Both the position numbers and the translations under genes were made by a program. A model generated the notes under the pieces. That model saw only the letters and a list, made by a program, of their open reading frames with translations, did not search any database and was not told the DNA's origin. Of a stretch of DNA of 64,000 bases, positions 46,426 to 57,222 are shown piece after piece. Origin of the DNA: Thermodesulfobacteriota bacterium (GTDB taxonomy: Bacteria > Desulfobacterota > Desulfobacteria > Desulfobacterales > SURF-7); assembly GCA_049320885.1 (NCBI GenBank), contig JBMORA010000063.1:137737-201736 (forward strand), written 5' to 3'. The stretch's first letter is position 1. Every line of letters begins with the position of its first letter.

Positions 46426-47570
46426 TTTACGCCCACGACGGCCGGGGCCTCGGCCATGTCAGCCGCAGCGCGGCCATCGGCATGGCCTGCCGGCGGCTGT
46501 TTCCGGGCCTGAAGGTGCTGCTGGTCTCCGGTTCGAGAATGACGGGCGACCTGATCGGGCCGGCCCCCCTGGACTGGGTGAAGCTGCCGGCCTATCAGAC
46601 CACAGTCGTTAAAGGCCTCTCCCACGGCCGTACGAGTCCGGCCAATTTTTCAGACGCGGAACTCGGCTGCCTGCGGACCGGCTTGCTCGCCGATCTCATG
46701 AACCGTTGCCGCCCCCGCTGTGTCCTCAGCGACCACCTGCCCCAGGGAAAACACCGGGAACTGCAGGGCGCCCTGGACGTAACAGCCGGTTTGGACACCC
46801 GATGGATTCTGGGAGTACGCGGAATCGTGGGACAGGTCCCCGGATTCTGGTCGGAGTTGTCGATTTCGGTTTTCCAGTCCCGCTATCAGGGCATATTCTG
46901 GTATGGCGACGAAGGGGTGCTGGGAAGCGAGCCCCGGAAAACCCTCGGCGACACTTTCGGCGTGCCGCCCGTGGAAACCGGCTACGTTTCCCGGCCCGCC
47001 GAGCTGAGCCATTGGCAACCCGGAAAAGCCCCAAAAACTCCCGGCCCGGCGGTCACGGTTTCCGTGCCGTGGATCGGCGAGAATACCCTGCCGATGCTCC
47101 AGCGCCTTTCCGGGGCCATCAGCGGCATCGGCCCTCATTTCGGTGAGTTTCATATCTATATCGGCTTTGGCGAGCATCTGGAAGCCTTCCGGATCGTTCA
47201 TGAACTGTTTGATCCCCTGCCCTTCTGCCAGGTATCTCCCATGGGCGAGGCCTATTTCCCCTCCCTGCTCCGATCCAGGGCCGCGCTGATATATGGCGGA
47301 TATAACAGTCTGACCGATGTGATGTTCGCCGGCATTCCGGCGCTTGTCATCCTGCGGGGCATGCAGGACCGGGAACAGGAGAGCCATGTCCGGCTGCTGA
47401 ACCGCCATGGCCTGGATTTTTCCGTTCTGCCCGAAGGGGATGCCGACGAACGGTCCCTCCGGGATTCGCTGGGGAATCTGTTGACGAAAACATCCTCCCC
47501 CAGAACACGCATCCGGCTCCAGGGGGCTGAAAACAGCGCCCGGGAACTGGCCCGGATACTCTCCACTTGA
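46398..47570 (+). CDS. putative GT-B glycosyltransferase (MurG/GT28-like)
   Basis: The N-terminus LLIYAHDGRGLGHVSRSAAIGMA resembles the glycine-rich loop of MurG/UDP-glycosyltransferase-like proteins. It overlaps the upstream GT4 gene by 28 nt. Confidence 0.45.
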   Translation: METPRLDLLIYAHDGRGLGHVSRSAAIGMACRRLFPGLKVLLVSGSRMTGDLIGPAPLDWVKLPAYQTTVVKGLSHGRTSPANFSDAELGCLRTGLLADLMNRCRPRCVLSDHLPQGKHRELQGALDVTAGLDTRWILGVRGIVGQVPGFWSELSISVFQSRYQGIFWYGDEGVLGSEPRKTLGDTFGVPPVETGYVSRPAELSHWQPGKAPKTPGPAVTVSVPWIGENTLPMLQRLSGAISGIGPHFGEFHIYIGFGEHLEAFRIVHELFDPLPFCQVSPMGEAYFPSLLRSRAALIYGGYNSLTDVMFAGIPALVILRGMQDREQESHVRLLNRHGLDFSVLPEGDADERSLRDSLGNLLTKTSSPRTRIRLQGAENSARELARILST

Positions 47571-47680
47571 AAAAACGGATCAATTTCTATAAAGAGCAAT
47601 AGCGTCCGACAGTTCGGCGGCCGGAGAAGGTTCTTCCGCCAACCGGCCGGAACCACAAATCCGACAATGCAAAGGCAACC

Positions 47681-49405
47681 ATGACAACACAAACGCCAGC
47701 CATCCAGGGAACGGACTTTGTCCGCACCATCATCCGTGAGGATCTGCAGCAGAATAAAAACAACGGCCGCGTGGCCACCCGGTTTCCTCCGGAACCCAAC
47801 GGGTATCTGCATATCGGGCACGCCAAATCGATCTGCCTGAACTTCGGCGTCGCCGCGGAATTCAACGGCACCTGCAATTTGCGTTTCGACGACACCAATC
47901 CGAGCAAGGAAGAGGTGGAATATGTCGAGTCCATCCAGGAAGATGTCCACTGGCTTGGGTTCGATTGGGGAGATCGTCTCTATTATGCCTCCGATTATTT
48001 CGAGCGGTTGTACGGATACGCCGTCCAGCTGATCCAAAAAGGCAAGGCCTATGTCTGCAGCCTGAGTCCGGAGGAAATCCGGGAATATCGCGGCACCCTG
48101 ACCCGGCCCGGCAAGGACAGTCCCTTCCGGGAACGCGGCATCGAGGAGAATCTCGATCTGTTCCGGCGCATGCGGGCAGGCGAGTTTGCCGAAGGAACCC
48201 ATGTGCTGAGGGCGAAAATCGACATGGCGTCTCCCAACCTGACCTTGCGCGACCCGGCCCTGTATCGCATCAAGCATGTACATCATCATCGCACCGGGGA
48301 CGCCTGGTGCATCTATCCCATGTATGATTTCGCCCACTGTCTCTCGGACAGCATCGAAGGGGTGACGCATTCCATCTGCACCCTGGAGTTCGAGAACAAC
48401 CGCCCTCTATACCATTGGATTCTCGATCAACTGGATGTTTCCTGCCACCCGCAGCAGATCGAGTTCGCACGGCTGAATCTCACCCACACCGTGCTGAGCA
48501 AGCGGAAACTGATTCAGCTGGTGGAAGAAGGAAGGGTATCGGGCTGGTCCGACCCGCGGATGCCGACCTTGTCCGGACTTCGCAGGCGCGGTTATCCGCC
48601 CCGGGCCATCCGAAATTTCTGTGAACGCATCGGCGTCGCCAAACGGGACAGCGTCGTGGACATGGGACTTCTGGAACACTGCGTCCGGGAGGACCTGAAC
48701 CGCAGCGCCCCGCGGGTCATGGCGGTCCTGAAACCAGTGAAGGTCATCATCGAAAACTACCCCCAAGACCAGGTGGAATGGTTCGAATTTCCGAATCATC
48801 CGGAGGACCCCTCCCTGGGAACCCGATCCGTGCCTTTCAGCCGGGAGCTCTACATCGAGCAGGAAGATTTCATGGAAAATCCTCCCAAAAAGTTTTTCCG
48901 GCTGAGTCCCGGCCGGGAAGTACGGCTGCGGTACGCTTATTTCATCACCTGCCGGGAGGTGATCAAGGACGAGGCCGCCGGCGACATCATGGAGCTGCGC
49001 TGCACCTATGACCCCGACACCAAAGGCGGAGACCCTCCGGACGGCCGCAAGGTCAAGGCCACGCTCCACTGGGTATCGGCCGCCCACGCCGTGGAAGCCG
49101 AGGTCCGGCTCTATGAGCATCTGTTGAAAGCCGATGAAGCCGCGGAAGACGACGCGGCGGACGATTCAACGGAGGAAAACGGCAGCCCGGATTTTCTGAC
49201 GCGGCTTAATCCGAATTCCCTGGAAGTTCTGACCGGCTGCCGCGTGGAGCCCTTTCTCGCCGATTCCAAGCCCGGAAGCCGCTTTCAGTTCGAGCGCCTG
49301 GGGTATTTCTGCGCCGATACGACGGATTTCTCCCCGGCGAAACCGGTATTCAACCGGACCGTCACCCTGCGGGATGCCTGGGCCAAAATCCAGAAGAATG
49401 CATGA
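47681..49405 (+). CDS. glnS: glutamine--tRNA ligase
   Basis: It has the HIGH motif ([14 protein letters not shown]), [17 protein letters not shown]-like VLSKRKL, and GlnRS-typical length and C-terminal beta-barrel region. Confidence 0.92.
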   Translation: MTTQTPAIQGTDFVRTIIREDLQQNKNNGRVATRFPPEPNGYLHIGHAKSICLNFGVAAEFNGTCNLRFDDTNPSKEEVEYVESIQEDVHWLGFDWGDRLYYASDYFERLYGYAVQLIQKGKAYVCSLSPEEIREYRGTLTRPGKDSPFRERGIEENLDLFRRMRAGEFAEGTHVLRAKIDMASPNLTLRDPALYRIKHVHHHRTGDAWCIYPMYDFAHCLSDSIEGVTHSICTLEFENNRPLYHWILDQLDVSCHPQQIEFARLNLTHTVLSKRKLIQLVEEGRVSGWSDPRMPTLSGLRRRGYPPRAIRNFCERIGVAKRDSVVDMGLLEHCVREDLNRSAPRVMAVLKPVKVIIENYPQDQVEWFEFPNHPEDPSLGTRSVPFSRELYIEQEDFMENPPKKFFRLSPGREVRLRYAYFITCREVIKDEAAGDIMELRCTYDPDTKGGDPPDGRKVKATLHWVSAAHAVEAEVRLYEHLLKADEAAEDDAADDSTEENGSPDFLTRLNPNSLEVLTGCRVEPFLADSKPGSRFQFERLGYFCADTTDFSPAKPVFNRTVTLRDAWAKIQKNA

Positions 49406-49429
49406 TTCAAGGCCAGTAAAGGAGACAGG

Positions 49430-49840
49430 ATGTTCTTATCCCAGGATCGGCGACTCAACATCGGTTTGCTCTGCATGCGAATCGGGCCCGCTGCGGGCCT
49501 GCTCTATCATGCCGGCCCGCGGCTGCTTTCCGGGGCAATTTCCTGGGAACAGACGGGAAAAAGCCTGTATTTCCTCAAAACGGGATTGCCCCTGAAATGG
49601 ATCGGCCTCGCCGTTTTGTTGATCGAGGCCGCAGGCGCGTTGAGCCTGATCAGCGGGTACGTAATCCGCGTCCTGTGTTTCCTGCTGGCCGGGCTGTTCG
49701 CCCTCCACTGCTACACCTACTTCCTTGCCGGCAACAAAGCCCTTTTGCTCTATGCCCTGGGACTTTTTTCCGTTTTCCTCGGTTTGGTTTTCACCGGCCC
49801 CGGCGGCTATGCGCTGACGGTGAAATTGAAAAACTCATAA
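49430..49840 (+). CDS. DoxX-like membrane protein
   Basis: It has four hydrophobic helices and ends ...GLVFTGPGGYALT, as in DoxX family members. Confidence 0.45.
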   Translation: MFLSQDRRLNIGLLCMRIGPAAGLLYHAGPRLLSGAISWEQTGKSLYFLKTGLPLKWIGLAVLLIEAAGALSLISGYVIRVLCFLLAGLFALHCYTYFLAGNKALLLYALGLFSVFLGLVFTGPGGYALTVKLKNS

Positions 49841-49850
49841 GGGGGATTCC

Positions 49851-50549
49851 ATGCGGATCCAACAATTCCGTTACAGCACGGACAATTTCAGTTATCTGTT
49901 GCACGGCCGGAAATCGGCACTGGCCGTGGATCCGGGAGCGGTGGACGATATTCTGGCCTATCTGGACGGCAAGGATCTTACCCTCGAACACGTCGTCAAT
50001 ACCCACCTGCATCCCGATCATACCATCGGCAATCATGAAATCCTTCAGCGGACAAAGGCCCGGTTTATCGAAAACCGGGACCTTCATGGCATGGAAAGTA
50101 TGGCGGTGGACGATGAACCCGTGCGGATATTCCATACCCCCGGTCATACGGAAGATTCCTTCACCTTCCACAGTGGAACGACCCTGATCACCGGCGATAC
50201 GCTGTTTAACGGCACGGTGGGCAACTGCTTCTCCGGCGACCTGGAATCCTTTTACCGCTCCATCAAAATCCTGACCGGCTTCGGCGGCGGGACGACGATA
50301 TACGCCGGCCACGATTATGTCGAATACAGCATGGCTTTTGCGCGCAGCCTCGAGCCGGACAACCGGGACATCGATGAGTTCCTGAAACGGTATGATCCGC
50401 GCCATGTGCGCTCCACGTTGGCGGATGAGCTGAAGATCAATCCCTACCTGCGATTCAATGATCCGACGATGATCGCCCTGCTGGAAAACAAGGGGCTGCC
50501 CGTGGAAACCGAACTCAAGCGGTGGAAATCCCTGATGGAATGTTATTGA
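49851..50549 (+). CDS. MBL-fold hydrolase, hydroxyacylglutathione hydrolase (GloB)-like
   Basis: It has the HxHxDH motif (NTHLHPDHTIGN), TPGHTEDS, GDTLF and a GloB-like C-terminal (NPYLRF). Confidence 0.7.
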   Translation: MRIQQFRYSTDNFSYLLHGRKSALAVDPGAVDDILAYLDGKDLTLEHVVNTHLHPDHTIGNHEILQRTKARFIENRDLHGMESMAVDDEPVRIFHTPGHTEDSFTFHSGTTLITGDTLFNGTVGNCFSGDLESFYRSIKILTGFGGGTTIYAGHDYVEYSMAFARSLEPDNRDIDEFLKRYDPRHVRSTLADELKINPYLRFNDPTMIALLENKGLPVETELKRWKSLMECY

Positions 50550-50564
50550 ACGACTATCGGAGCA

Positions 50565-51011
50565 TTACAGGGTCACCCGGCAGCTGGTGCCGCAGTTCGG
50601 GCATTCTATCACCACCGGTCGTTCGTTCGAGAGGACTTCGATTGGATTCTTGCAGTGCGAGCATTTGATGACGGTCCTGGCGCCTTCCGTCCTGGCCGCG
50701 GCCGCCGGTGCCATGGAGCCCCCCGTCTTTCCGATATATTCCATGACGGCCTGCCGCAGACACTCCCTTTCTTCATTACCCCCGCCCTTCTGGATCAGCC
50801 TGGCGTAATCGTCCGCGGGGATGACCAGGTTCACTTCCAGAATATGGGTATTTTCCAGAGCGCGGTTGAGCGTCTCCAAGGCCACTGCCAGATCGGCGAT
50901 CTTCATGTCGCCGGCGGCCATCCGGTCCTGAATGATTTTCGACAGGGCCCCGGAAGTATACCACTGCCCGTTGTACTCGATCGTACCATCATCCAGACGA
51001 ATCTTGCTCAC
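50565..51011 (-). CDS. hypothetical protein with C-terminal zinc-ribbon
   Basis: A CSHCKNPIEV...CPNCGTSC pair of CxxC motifs lies at the C-terminus. I recognise no other domain. Confidence 0.4.
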   Translation of the reverse strand: MSKIRLDDGTIEYNGQWYTSGALSKIIQDRMAAGDMKIADLAVALETLNRALENTHILEVNLVIPADDYARLIQKGGGNEERECLRQAVMEYIGKTGGSMAPAAAARTEGARTVIKCSHCKNPIEVLSNERPVVIECPNCGTSCRVTL

Positions 51012-51065
51012 GCTGCCCCCTTGGTTTGTTGCCCGAAACAGGCGGTCGGTTTTGGTTGCGGTTGA

Positions 51066-51413
51066 TCATTCGGTCGTCAGCTCACTGACGTTTTGCATCA
51101 ATGTTTTTATGGGAAAAGGTTTGGGAAGGATTTTGTTGAAATTATTGTCCTTGAAAAGCCAGGGAGTGCCGGACATGCCGATGATGGGCGTGGCCCCCCT
51201 TGCCGAACCCCGGATGTGGCTGGCAATCCGGTTGCCGTCGATTCCCGGCATGAGAATATCCGTTATGACGAGGTCATAGGAATCGTTGTCGAATTTATGG
51301 AGCCCTTCGCTTCCGGTGTGCGCCACGTCCACTGTAAAACCAAACCGGGTCAGCACTTCCTTGATCATCCTCAGCACCATGGCTTCGTCTTCGATAACCA
51401 GGATCTTTCCCAT
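51066..51413 (-). CDS. single-domain response regulator (CheY-like)
   Basis: ILVIEDE, DLVITDILMPGIDG and the PKPF motif. Confidence 0.8.
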   Translation of the reverse strand: MGKILVIEDEAMVLRMIKEVLTRFGFTVDVAHTGSEGLHKFDNDSYDLVITDILMPGIDGNRIASHIRGSARGATPIIGMSGTPWLFKDNNFNKILPKPFPIKTLMQNVSELTTE

Positions 51414-51532
51414 TTGCTTACCATTTCCTTACAACCGCTGCTGATGATTCCCGCTTTGTAACGCCGCAACTATCGCACACCGCCAAATCAGTGTCAACAA
51501 CATATTGTGTATGGAAATAAAGCAATATACAA

Positions 51533-52174
51533 TTACCGTTGCAACAGCCGGGCTGCCTGTCGCTGCATGTTCTCAAACGCCGCTTCCGGCAATCCGGCCC
51601 CACGGACCACCCGCCTGGCCTGCTCGTCATCCACCAGATCGCCGGGGGAATGGGTATCCGTATTGATCACCATCCTGGCTCCGATTCTCTCCGCCAGACG
51701 CGCCACATGCCCGTTGGTCAACGAGTGGCCCTTCCTGGCGGTTATTTCCAGACAAATGCCCCTGTCCCTTGCCAGGGCGACCTCTTCCGGAGTGATCAGT
51801 CCGGGATGGGCGAGGATGTCGATATCCGCTTCCAGGGCCGCGCGGTTCGTTCCCGGCGCCACCGGCTCCACGATGGTCTCACCGTGCACGACAACCAGTT
51901 TGGCCCCGAGAGCGCGGGCCTGCCTGGCCACATCTCCAATCAGGGCCGGGGGTACATGGGTGATTTCAATGCCGGGCACGATCCGGATCCCGAGGATCGG
52001 ATTCAGTTCCTCCGCCACCGCAACAATCCGGGGAATGATGAAAGCGATGTTCGATGTATCACCGTGGTCCGTCAAACCGATCCCGGTTATTCCTTTGCTC
52101 TCCGCCCGCCGGATCAGCTCCGACGGAATCAGTTCCCCGTCGCTGAACAGGGTGTGCGTATGCAGATCGATCAT
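51533..52174 (-). CDS. PHP-domain (histidinol-phosphatase-like) metal-dependent phosphoesterase
   Basis: N-terminal MIDLHTHTLFSDG, and further His/Asp motifs (HGE, DTHSPGD). Confidence 0.75.
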   Translation of the reverse strand: MIDLHTHTLFSDGELIPSELIRRAESKGITGIGLTDHGDTSNIAFIIPRIVAVAEELNPILGIRIVPGIEITHVPPALIGDVARQARALGAKLVVVHGETIVEPVAPGTNRAALEADIDILAHPGLITPEEVALARDRGICLEITARKGHSLTNGHVARLAERIGARMVINTDTHSPGDLVDDEQARRVVRGAGLPEAAFENMQRQAARLLQR

Positions 52175-52177
52175 GGA

Positions 52178-52675
52178 TTACACCTTGTATTTTCCGAAAT
52201 CGTCCGGATTCAGTTTCTCGAGATATTCGGCCCATTTCTTTCCCTCATCGGTATTGTCGAGGACTTCGCCGGTCACATCGCCTGACTTGAATTTCTGCAA
52301 CACCTTGTCATCCACGAAAATCGGCGCTTTAAACCGCAGGGCCATGGCGATGGCGTCGCTCGGCCGGGCATCCATGCAGAAATCCCTCTCCTGGGCCTTG
52401 AAATAAATTTTGGCGAAAAACGTGTTGTCGCGCAGATCGCAGACAGCGACTTTTTCCACGGCCACCGCCATTTCCACGATGAAGTTCTTGAAAAGATCGT
52501 GGCTCATGGGACGGTCGAAATGAATCTCCTGCAGCACCGAGGCGATGGAAGTTGCTTCCAGAAGCCCGATCCAGATCGGGATGGAATCCTCCATATCAAT
52601 GGTCTTGAGGATGATAATGGGTGTATTGGAAGCCTGATCCAGGGTCAGTCCGGCAATATTCACCTCATGCAGCAT
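52178..52675 (-). CDS. bifunctional nuclease (BFN/DUF151) family protein
   Basis: It contains PIIILK, IWIG.LEA and ARPSDAIAMAL, typical of DUF151. It overlaps the miaB stop by 11 nt. Confidence 0.7.
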   Translation of the reverse strand: MLHEVNIAGLTLDQASNTPIIILKTIDMEDSIPIWIGLLEATSIASVLQEIHFDRPMSHDLFKNFIVEMAVAVEKVAVCDLRDNTFFAKIYFKAQERDFCMDARPSDAIAMALRFKAPIFVDDKVLQKFKSGDVTGEVLDNTDEGKKWAEYLEKLNPDDFGKYKV

Positions 52676-54086
52676 GGGTCTTTTCTCCTTCTTTACGGGA
52701 ATTCGAAGAGATAACCTTCACTGGTTTCCCCAGCAGCGAATGAGAATGCGCCTTTTCAATCCGTACATCCACCATCGCGCCGATCAAATTCCCTGCACAG
52801 GACGATTCTTCCGCATAGAAATGCACGATTTTATTGGCAGAAGTCCTCCCGGTCCACTGGGTTCCCGGGACCGCCTCCGGCTTGACGGCGTTTGGCTCCT
52901 GCTGTTTACCGAATCCTTCAACGAGCACTGAAACCGTTTTGCCGATCAAGGCCTGGTTTTTCTTACTCGTATAGGTTTCCTGGAGGTCCAGAAGCTCCAA
53001 CAGTCTTTCGTGGCGTTCGCCTTCGGAAACCTTGTCGGGCAGATCGGCCGCCGGTGCATTCGGTCGATCCGAATAGGCGAAAGCGAAGAGGCCGTCGAAT
53101 TCGATTTCCCGGACAAGATCCAGCGTGGCTTCAAAATCGGTTCTGGTCTCACCGGGGAAACCGACGATCATATCGGCGGTAATGGCTATATCCGGGCATT
53201 TCCTGCGCAGTTTTTCCACTTTTTCGCAATAGCCTTCCCTGGTATAATGCCGGTTCATTCTGGCCAGAATCCGGTTGGATCCGGACTGAACCGGAAGATG
53301 CATATGGTGGCAGAGTTTGGATAAAGCGCCAAACGCTTCCACCAACCCATCCGACAGGTCCTTGGGGTGGGATGTCGTAAAGCGCAGGCGCCACAGGCCC
53401 TCCATGTCGTTGACCCGGGCCAGCAACTCCGGGAAAGAGCAAAGCCCTTGCTTTTTCCCATAGCTGTTGACATTCTGCCCCAACAACGTCACCTCCCGCA
53501 TACCGGCGGCCACCCGGGACCGAATCTCGGCCACGATCTCTTCGGGCGGCCGGCTGATTTCCCTCCCCCGGACATACGGCACCACACAGTAGGTACAGAA
53601 ATTATCGCATCCCCGCATGATGGTGACAAAGCCGGATACCGTTTCCCGGTCACTGCTCCTGCGGTCGTGGGAAACCGGCTGCCCATCCCCGGTCATGTCC
53701 AGATCCGCCAGTCGATTTCCAGTCCGCTCGATTTTCTGAATCAAATCCGGCAACCGTCCGATGGCGCGGGTCCCCAGGACAAAATCAACCACCGGGACCC
53801 GGCTGAAAATTCGCTTGCCTTCCTGTTGGGCGACGCATCCGGCCACCCCGATGATCAACTGCGGATTTTTCCGTTTCATCCCCGCCAGTCGCCCCAGAAA
53901 ACTGAACACTTTCTGTTCCGCCTTTTCCCGCACCGAACAGGTATTGACGAGAATGAGATCCGCCTGTTTGATATCGTCGGTTCTGTGGTAGCCGCATTTC
54001 CACAGCTCCTCCGCCATCAGATCGGAATCATAGACATTCATCTGGCATCCGATGGTCAATAGATACACGTATTTCCGCTGCATCAA
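52665..54086 (-). CDS. miaB: tRNA-2-methylthio-N6-dimethylallyladenosine synthase
   Basis: It has the UPF0004 N-domain (TIGCQMNVYDS, NTCSVREKAEQKV), the radical-SAM motif CDNFCTYCVVPYVRG and a C-terminal TRAM-like domain. Confidence 0.88.
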   Translation of the reverse strand: MMQRKYVYLLTIGCQMNVYDSDLMAEELWKCGYHRTDDIKQADLILVNTCSVREKAEQKVFSFLGRLAGMKRKNPQLIIGVAGCVAQQEGKRIFSRVPVVDFVLGTRAIGRLPDLIQKIERTGNRLADLDMTGDGQPVSHDRRSSDRETVSGFVTIMRGCDNFCTYCVVPYVRGREISRPPEEIVAEIRSRVAAGMREVTLLGQNVNSYGKKQGLCSFPELLARVNDMEGLWRLRFTTSHPKDLSDGLVEAFGALSKLCHHMHLPVQSGSNRILARMNRHYTREGYCEKVEKLRRKCPDIAITADMIVGFPGETRTDFEATLDLVREIEFDGLFAFAYSDRPNAPAADLPDKVSEGERHERLLELLDLQETYTSKKNQALIGKTVSVLVEGFGKQQEPNAVKPEAVPGTQWTGRTSANKIVHFYAEESSCAGNLIGAMVDVRIEKAHSHSLLGKPVKVISSNSRKEGEKTHAA

Positions 54087-54180
54087 CCCGTTTTTCTTCC
54101 TTTATAAATCATGGCTGATCATCCGCCGCCTTTGAGGACGGTACCCCTTCCATTACCCATATCGGTCAGCATCAAATAAA

Positions 54181-54426
54181 TCAAGCCCCCCATATGGATT
54201 CTTTTTCCCCCGGGTCGGGTATTTCCTCCAGCAGGATTTGCCGCGCCATCTCGCTGACGATCTCTTCAACCGCCGGCAGGCTCCCGGGGGCTACGATGAG
54301 GGCGACAATCCCCTTTCCGGCATCCAGCGTGGATACCATGGCAAGTCCCTCCCAGGCCTCGAAAACATATTTCAGAAAAGAAATATCCCGGCGGCCGATG
54401 CGGAAACACTTCCGGATGGTTTTCAA
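54181..54426 (-). CDS. small conserved hypothetical protein (possibly DUF4911-like)
   Basis: LKTIRKCFRIGRRDISFLKYVFEAWEGLAMVSTLD... The TTG start at 54426 follows GGGGGA. The track start at 54555 would overlap the recJ start. Confidence 0.3.
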   Translation of the reverse strand: MKTIRKCFRIGRRDISFLKYVFEAWEGLAMVSTLDAGKGIVALIVAPGSLPAVEEIVSEMARQILLEEIPDPGEKESIWGA

Positions 54427-54510
54427 TTCCGTCCCCCTTTTACATGTCGTTTTCCAGTCAGTCTCAGAATGGGCTTGTCCTGGACTGATGAATACGCTAT
54501 CTCCTGGCCT

Positions 54511-56277
54511 ATGAAAAAACAATGGGAAATTCTTCAGCCGGAACCTCGGGTTCAACAGACCATTCGCCGCCTTACCGGATGCAGTCCCACCATCGCCGCC
54601 TTACTGGCGAATCGAAAAGTCGACCAGCCTGACCGGATCCGTCAATTCTGGTCGCCCAGTTTTCAGGATCTGAGACCGCCCTTTTCCATCCGCGATATGG
54701 ACAAGGCCGTTGCGTTAATAGTTCAAACAATTGAATCCAAAAATAAAATAATGGTTTTTGGCGATTACGACGTCGACGGCGTCACCGCCACCGTCATCCT
54801 GTACGAATTCCTACGGTCCACCGGCGCTGACGTTTGTTACTATATTCCCCATCGCCTTACCGAAGGGTATGGATTGCGATCCAGCCATATCACCGGCAAG
54901 GCCGAGCTGGAAAATATCCGCTTGATCATCACCGTCGATTGCGGTTCCGCCGACCACGACGCCGTCAATGCCGCCAATGAGGCCGGGATTCAAATCGTCG
55001 TGACCGATCACCATCAGATCACCACCGATATCCCGGCGGCCGAGGCCGTTATCAATCCCAAACGGGAAGACTGCGGGGCCGGGCTGGCGCATTTGGCCGG
55101 CGTGGGCGTGGCGTTTTATCTGATCATTGCCCTGCGGAAGCAGCTGCGGGACCGCCAGCACTGGAAAACCGTTCCGGAGCCGAACCTGAAGGCGCTCTGC
55201 GACCTCGTGTGCCTGGGCACCATTGCCGATATGGTGCCGCTCATCGATGAAAACAGAATCTTCAGTAAAATCGGATTGGAAATCATTACCGGCAATTCCC
55301 GGCCCGGTCTGAAAGCCCTCATGGAGGTCTGTCGGATCGGCGCGCCGGCCGTTGACTCCGAAGACGTGGCTTATCGGCTGGCCCCCCGCTTGAACGCCGC
55401 CGGCCGCATGGGGCATGCCGATCTTGCCGCAAAATTGCTCATCACCACCGATCCCGACGAAGCCCGCGAACTTACCCGGCGATTGTGCAGTCTGAACGAT
55501 ATCCGGCAGGCCACCGAGCAGGAAATCATGAAGGCGGTCCATAGTTATCTGCAGGACAATCCCAACTTACTGAAAAAACATTCCATCGTGCTGCATCATC
55601 ACGGCTGGCACGCGGGCGTTCTGGGTATTGTGGCGGCCAAACTGGTGGAAAAATACGGCCGCCCCGCCATGCTCATTTCAACCGCGGGAGGCATCGGGAA
55701 AGGCTCCGGCCGCAGCATTCCCGGTTTCGATATCCACGCCGCCCTGAAGTCCTGCGAAGCCCATCTGCTGGCTTTCGGCGGCCACCAAATGGCGGCGGGC
55801 CTCACGATCAGGCCCGAATCCATCGAGGCATTTCAGGAACAGTTCGACCAACAGGCAGCCCTGGGGACAGGTCCGGGGGGACTGCCACCCAAAATGTGGA
55901 TCGACTGTGTGCTGGATTTCCATCTCATTACCGACAACCTGTTGGACGAGCTCACCGCCCTGGAACCGTTCGGGGTGCAGAATCCGGAGCCGCTCTTCCT
56001 TGCGCGCAATATCCGGATTCAGTCGGTTGCCGAGGTCGGTGGAAGCCATAAGCGTCTTCGCCTGGCCCAGAACAACGGCCGCCATCAGCAACTCCATGAC
56101 GCCATTTTATTCAACGCCGGAAACAGGGATTGCTCCGCTGAGAAATCTCATGAAGTGGCCTATCGTCTGCGCTGGAATCACTGGAACGGGAAAAAGAAAG
56201 CGCAGATGATCATCGAAGACATGCGGCCCATGGAACCGGTGGGTCAGGCGTCCCTGCCAGCACCGCCCATGCAATAA
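54511..56277 (+). CDS. recJ: single-stranded-DNA-specific exonuclease RecJ
   Basis: It has DHH motifs (VFGDYDVDGVTAT, VDCG, VVTDHH) and a DHHA1 region (GGHQMAAG). The ATG at 54511 (MKKQWEIL) is preferred over the track start at 54238. Confidence 0.88.
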   Translation: MKKQWEILQPEPRVQQTIRRLTGCSPTIAALLANRKVDQPDRIRQFWSPSFQDLRPPFSIRDMDKAVALIVQTIESKNKIMVFGDYDVDGVTATVILYEFLRSTGADVCYYIPHRLTEGYGLRSSHITGKAELENIRLIITVDCGSADHDAVNAANEAGIQIVVTDHHQITTDIPAAEAVINPKREDCGAGLAHLAGVGVAFYLIIALRKQLRDRQHWKTVPEPNLKALCDLVCLGTIADMVPLIDENRIFSKIGLEIITGNSRPGLKALMEVCRIGAPAVDSEDVAYRLAPRLNAAGRMGHADLAAKLLITTDPDEARELTRRLCSLNDIRQATEQEIMKAVHSYLQDNPNLLKKHSIVLHHHGWHAGVLGIVAAKLVEKYGRPAMLISTAGGIGKGSGRSIPGFDIHAALKSCEAHLLAFGGHQMAAGLTIRPESIEAFQEQFDQQAALGTGPGGLPPKMWIDCVLDFHLITDNLLDELTALEPFGVQNPEPLFLARNIRIQSVAEVGGSHKRLRLAQNNGRHQQLHDAILFNAGNRDCSAEKSHEVAYRLRWNHWNGKKKAQMIIEDMRPMEPVGQASLPAPPMQ

Positions 56278-56299
56278 GAACGGTTTCCACCCGAGGAGT

Positions 56300-57184
56300 T
56301 TAACCTGCCGATTGGAATCGACCGTTTTCCGCAACGATCCGCTTTTCATTCAACAGTTTTTCCAGATGTTTCCGCATCAGGGCGCGCTCGCCGAATTCGA
56401 AAAAAGCCTTCGGCTCTCTTTTCTTTCTGTAAATGATGCAGGCGTCGACAATTTCCTCCATGCTTCGCGCTTCGCGCAGAAAGTGGAGCAATTTCTCTTC
56501 CCGGATGTCGATGACTTGGAGATACTGGTCCCATAACTTTCCGGGGTTGTTCTCGAAAACGCCCTCTTCATGGCTGCACAGCCATACGGCAGCCGGAATC
56601 CGTTGCAGCCGTCGCACGGAATCAATGGTGCTGCTGATGCTTGATGCGACATCGCCGTACCATGGGCCGAACGGGGTCAGATCGTAATCCCCCAGGAATA
56701 AAATATCCGGGCCTTTAAATAAAAACGCCAGATGTCCGGGAGTATGTCCGGGTGCGGCAATGATCTCCACCTGGATGTCTTCCAAGGAAAGTGTTGTTCC
56801 GCCGCGCAGATGCCGTGAAGGAACTCGCGGCTTGAAATGAAACAAATCCTGAAACAGGGCGTGCCAGTGTTCCCGATATTCATGGTCCAATCCGTAAGCG
56901 TCCGACAACCTGTCGAGGCTGGCAAGGGGCGCCGCGTCCTGCTCAGAAACGGCCAGTGGCAGGTCATCGAACAGATCCAGGTGCATGAAATGATCTTCAT
57001 GCCAGTGACTGAGCCAGATTTCCCGGACGCCGTTTTCCTCCCGCAGCCGCGCCAATCTTTCCCGATTGGAAGCCGGATCGATCAATATCCCCTGCCCCGC
57101 GATATATACACTGTTGCAATACGGATATTTGCCGTTGTTGTCACCCGGCAGGAACCATACGGGGCCAAAATGTCTCTCCTCCAT
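56300..57184 (-). CDS. MBL-fold metallo-hydrolase
   Basis: It has the HxHxDH motif (LSHWHEDHFMH) and APGHTPGH. Confidence 0.7.
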   Translation of the reverse strand: MEERHFGPVWFLPGDNNGKYPYCNSVYIAGQGILIDPASNRERLARLREENGVREIWLSHWHEDHFMHLDLFDDLPLAVSEQDAAPLASLDRLSDAYGLDHEYREHWHALFQDLFHFKPRVPSRHLRGGTTLSLEDIQVEIIAAPGHTPGHLAFLFKGPDILFLGDYDLTPFGPWYGDVASSISSTIDSVRRLQRIPAAVWLCSHEEGVFENNPGKLWDQYLQVIDIREEKLLHFLREARSMEEIVDACIIYRKKREPKAFFEFGERALMRKHLEKLLNEKRIVAENGRFQSAG

Positions 57185-57222
57185 TGTTTTATCCCTCCCC
57201 CACCGGATCGTTCATGCCCTCT

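Noticed and set aside
45154-48370. Minus-strand ORFs of 395 aa (45154-46341) and 372 aa (47252-48370)
   Set aside because: They are antisense to the GT4 glycosyltransferase and to glnS, both of which carry clear family motifs. The antisense products are Arg/Gly/Pro-rich with no motifs.
54238-54510. N-terminal extensions in the ORF track (recJ from 54238, kinase from 14912, SH3 from 22934, ABC-F from 45019, Cache from 10608, NlpC from 59722, lipoprotein from 20003)
   Set aside because: Each extension overlaps a neighbouring gene or lacks an RBS. An internal start with a Shine-Dalgarno sequence and a sensible N-terminus exists in each case.
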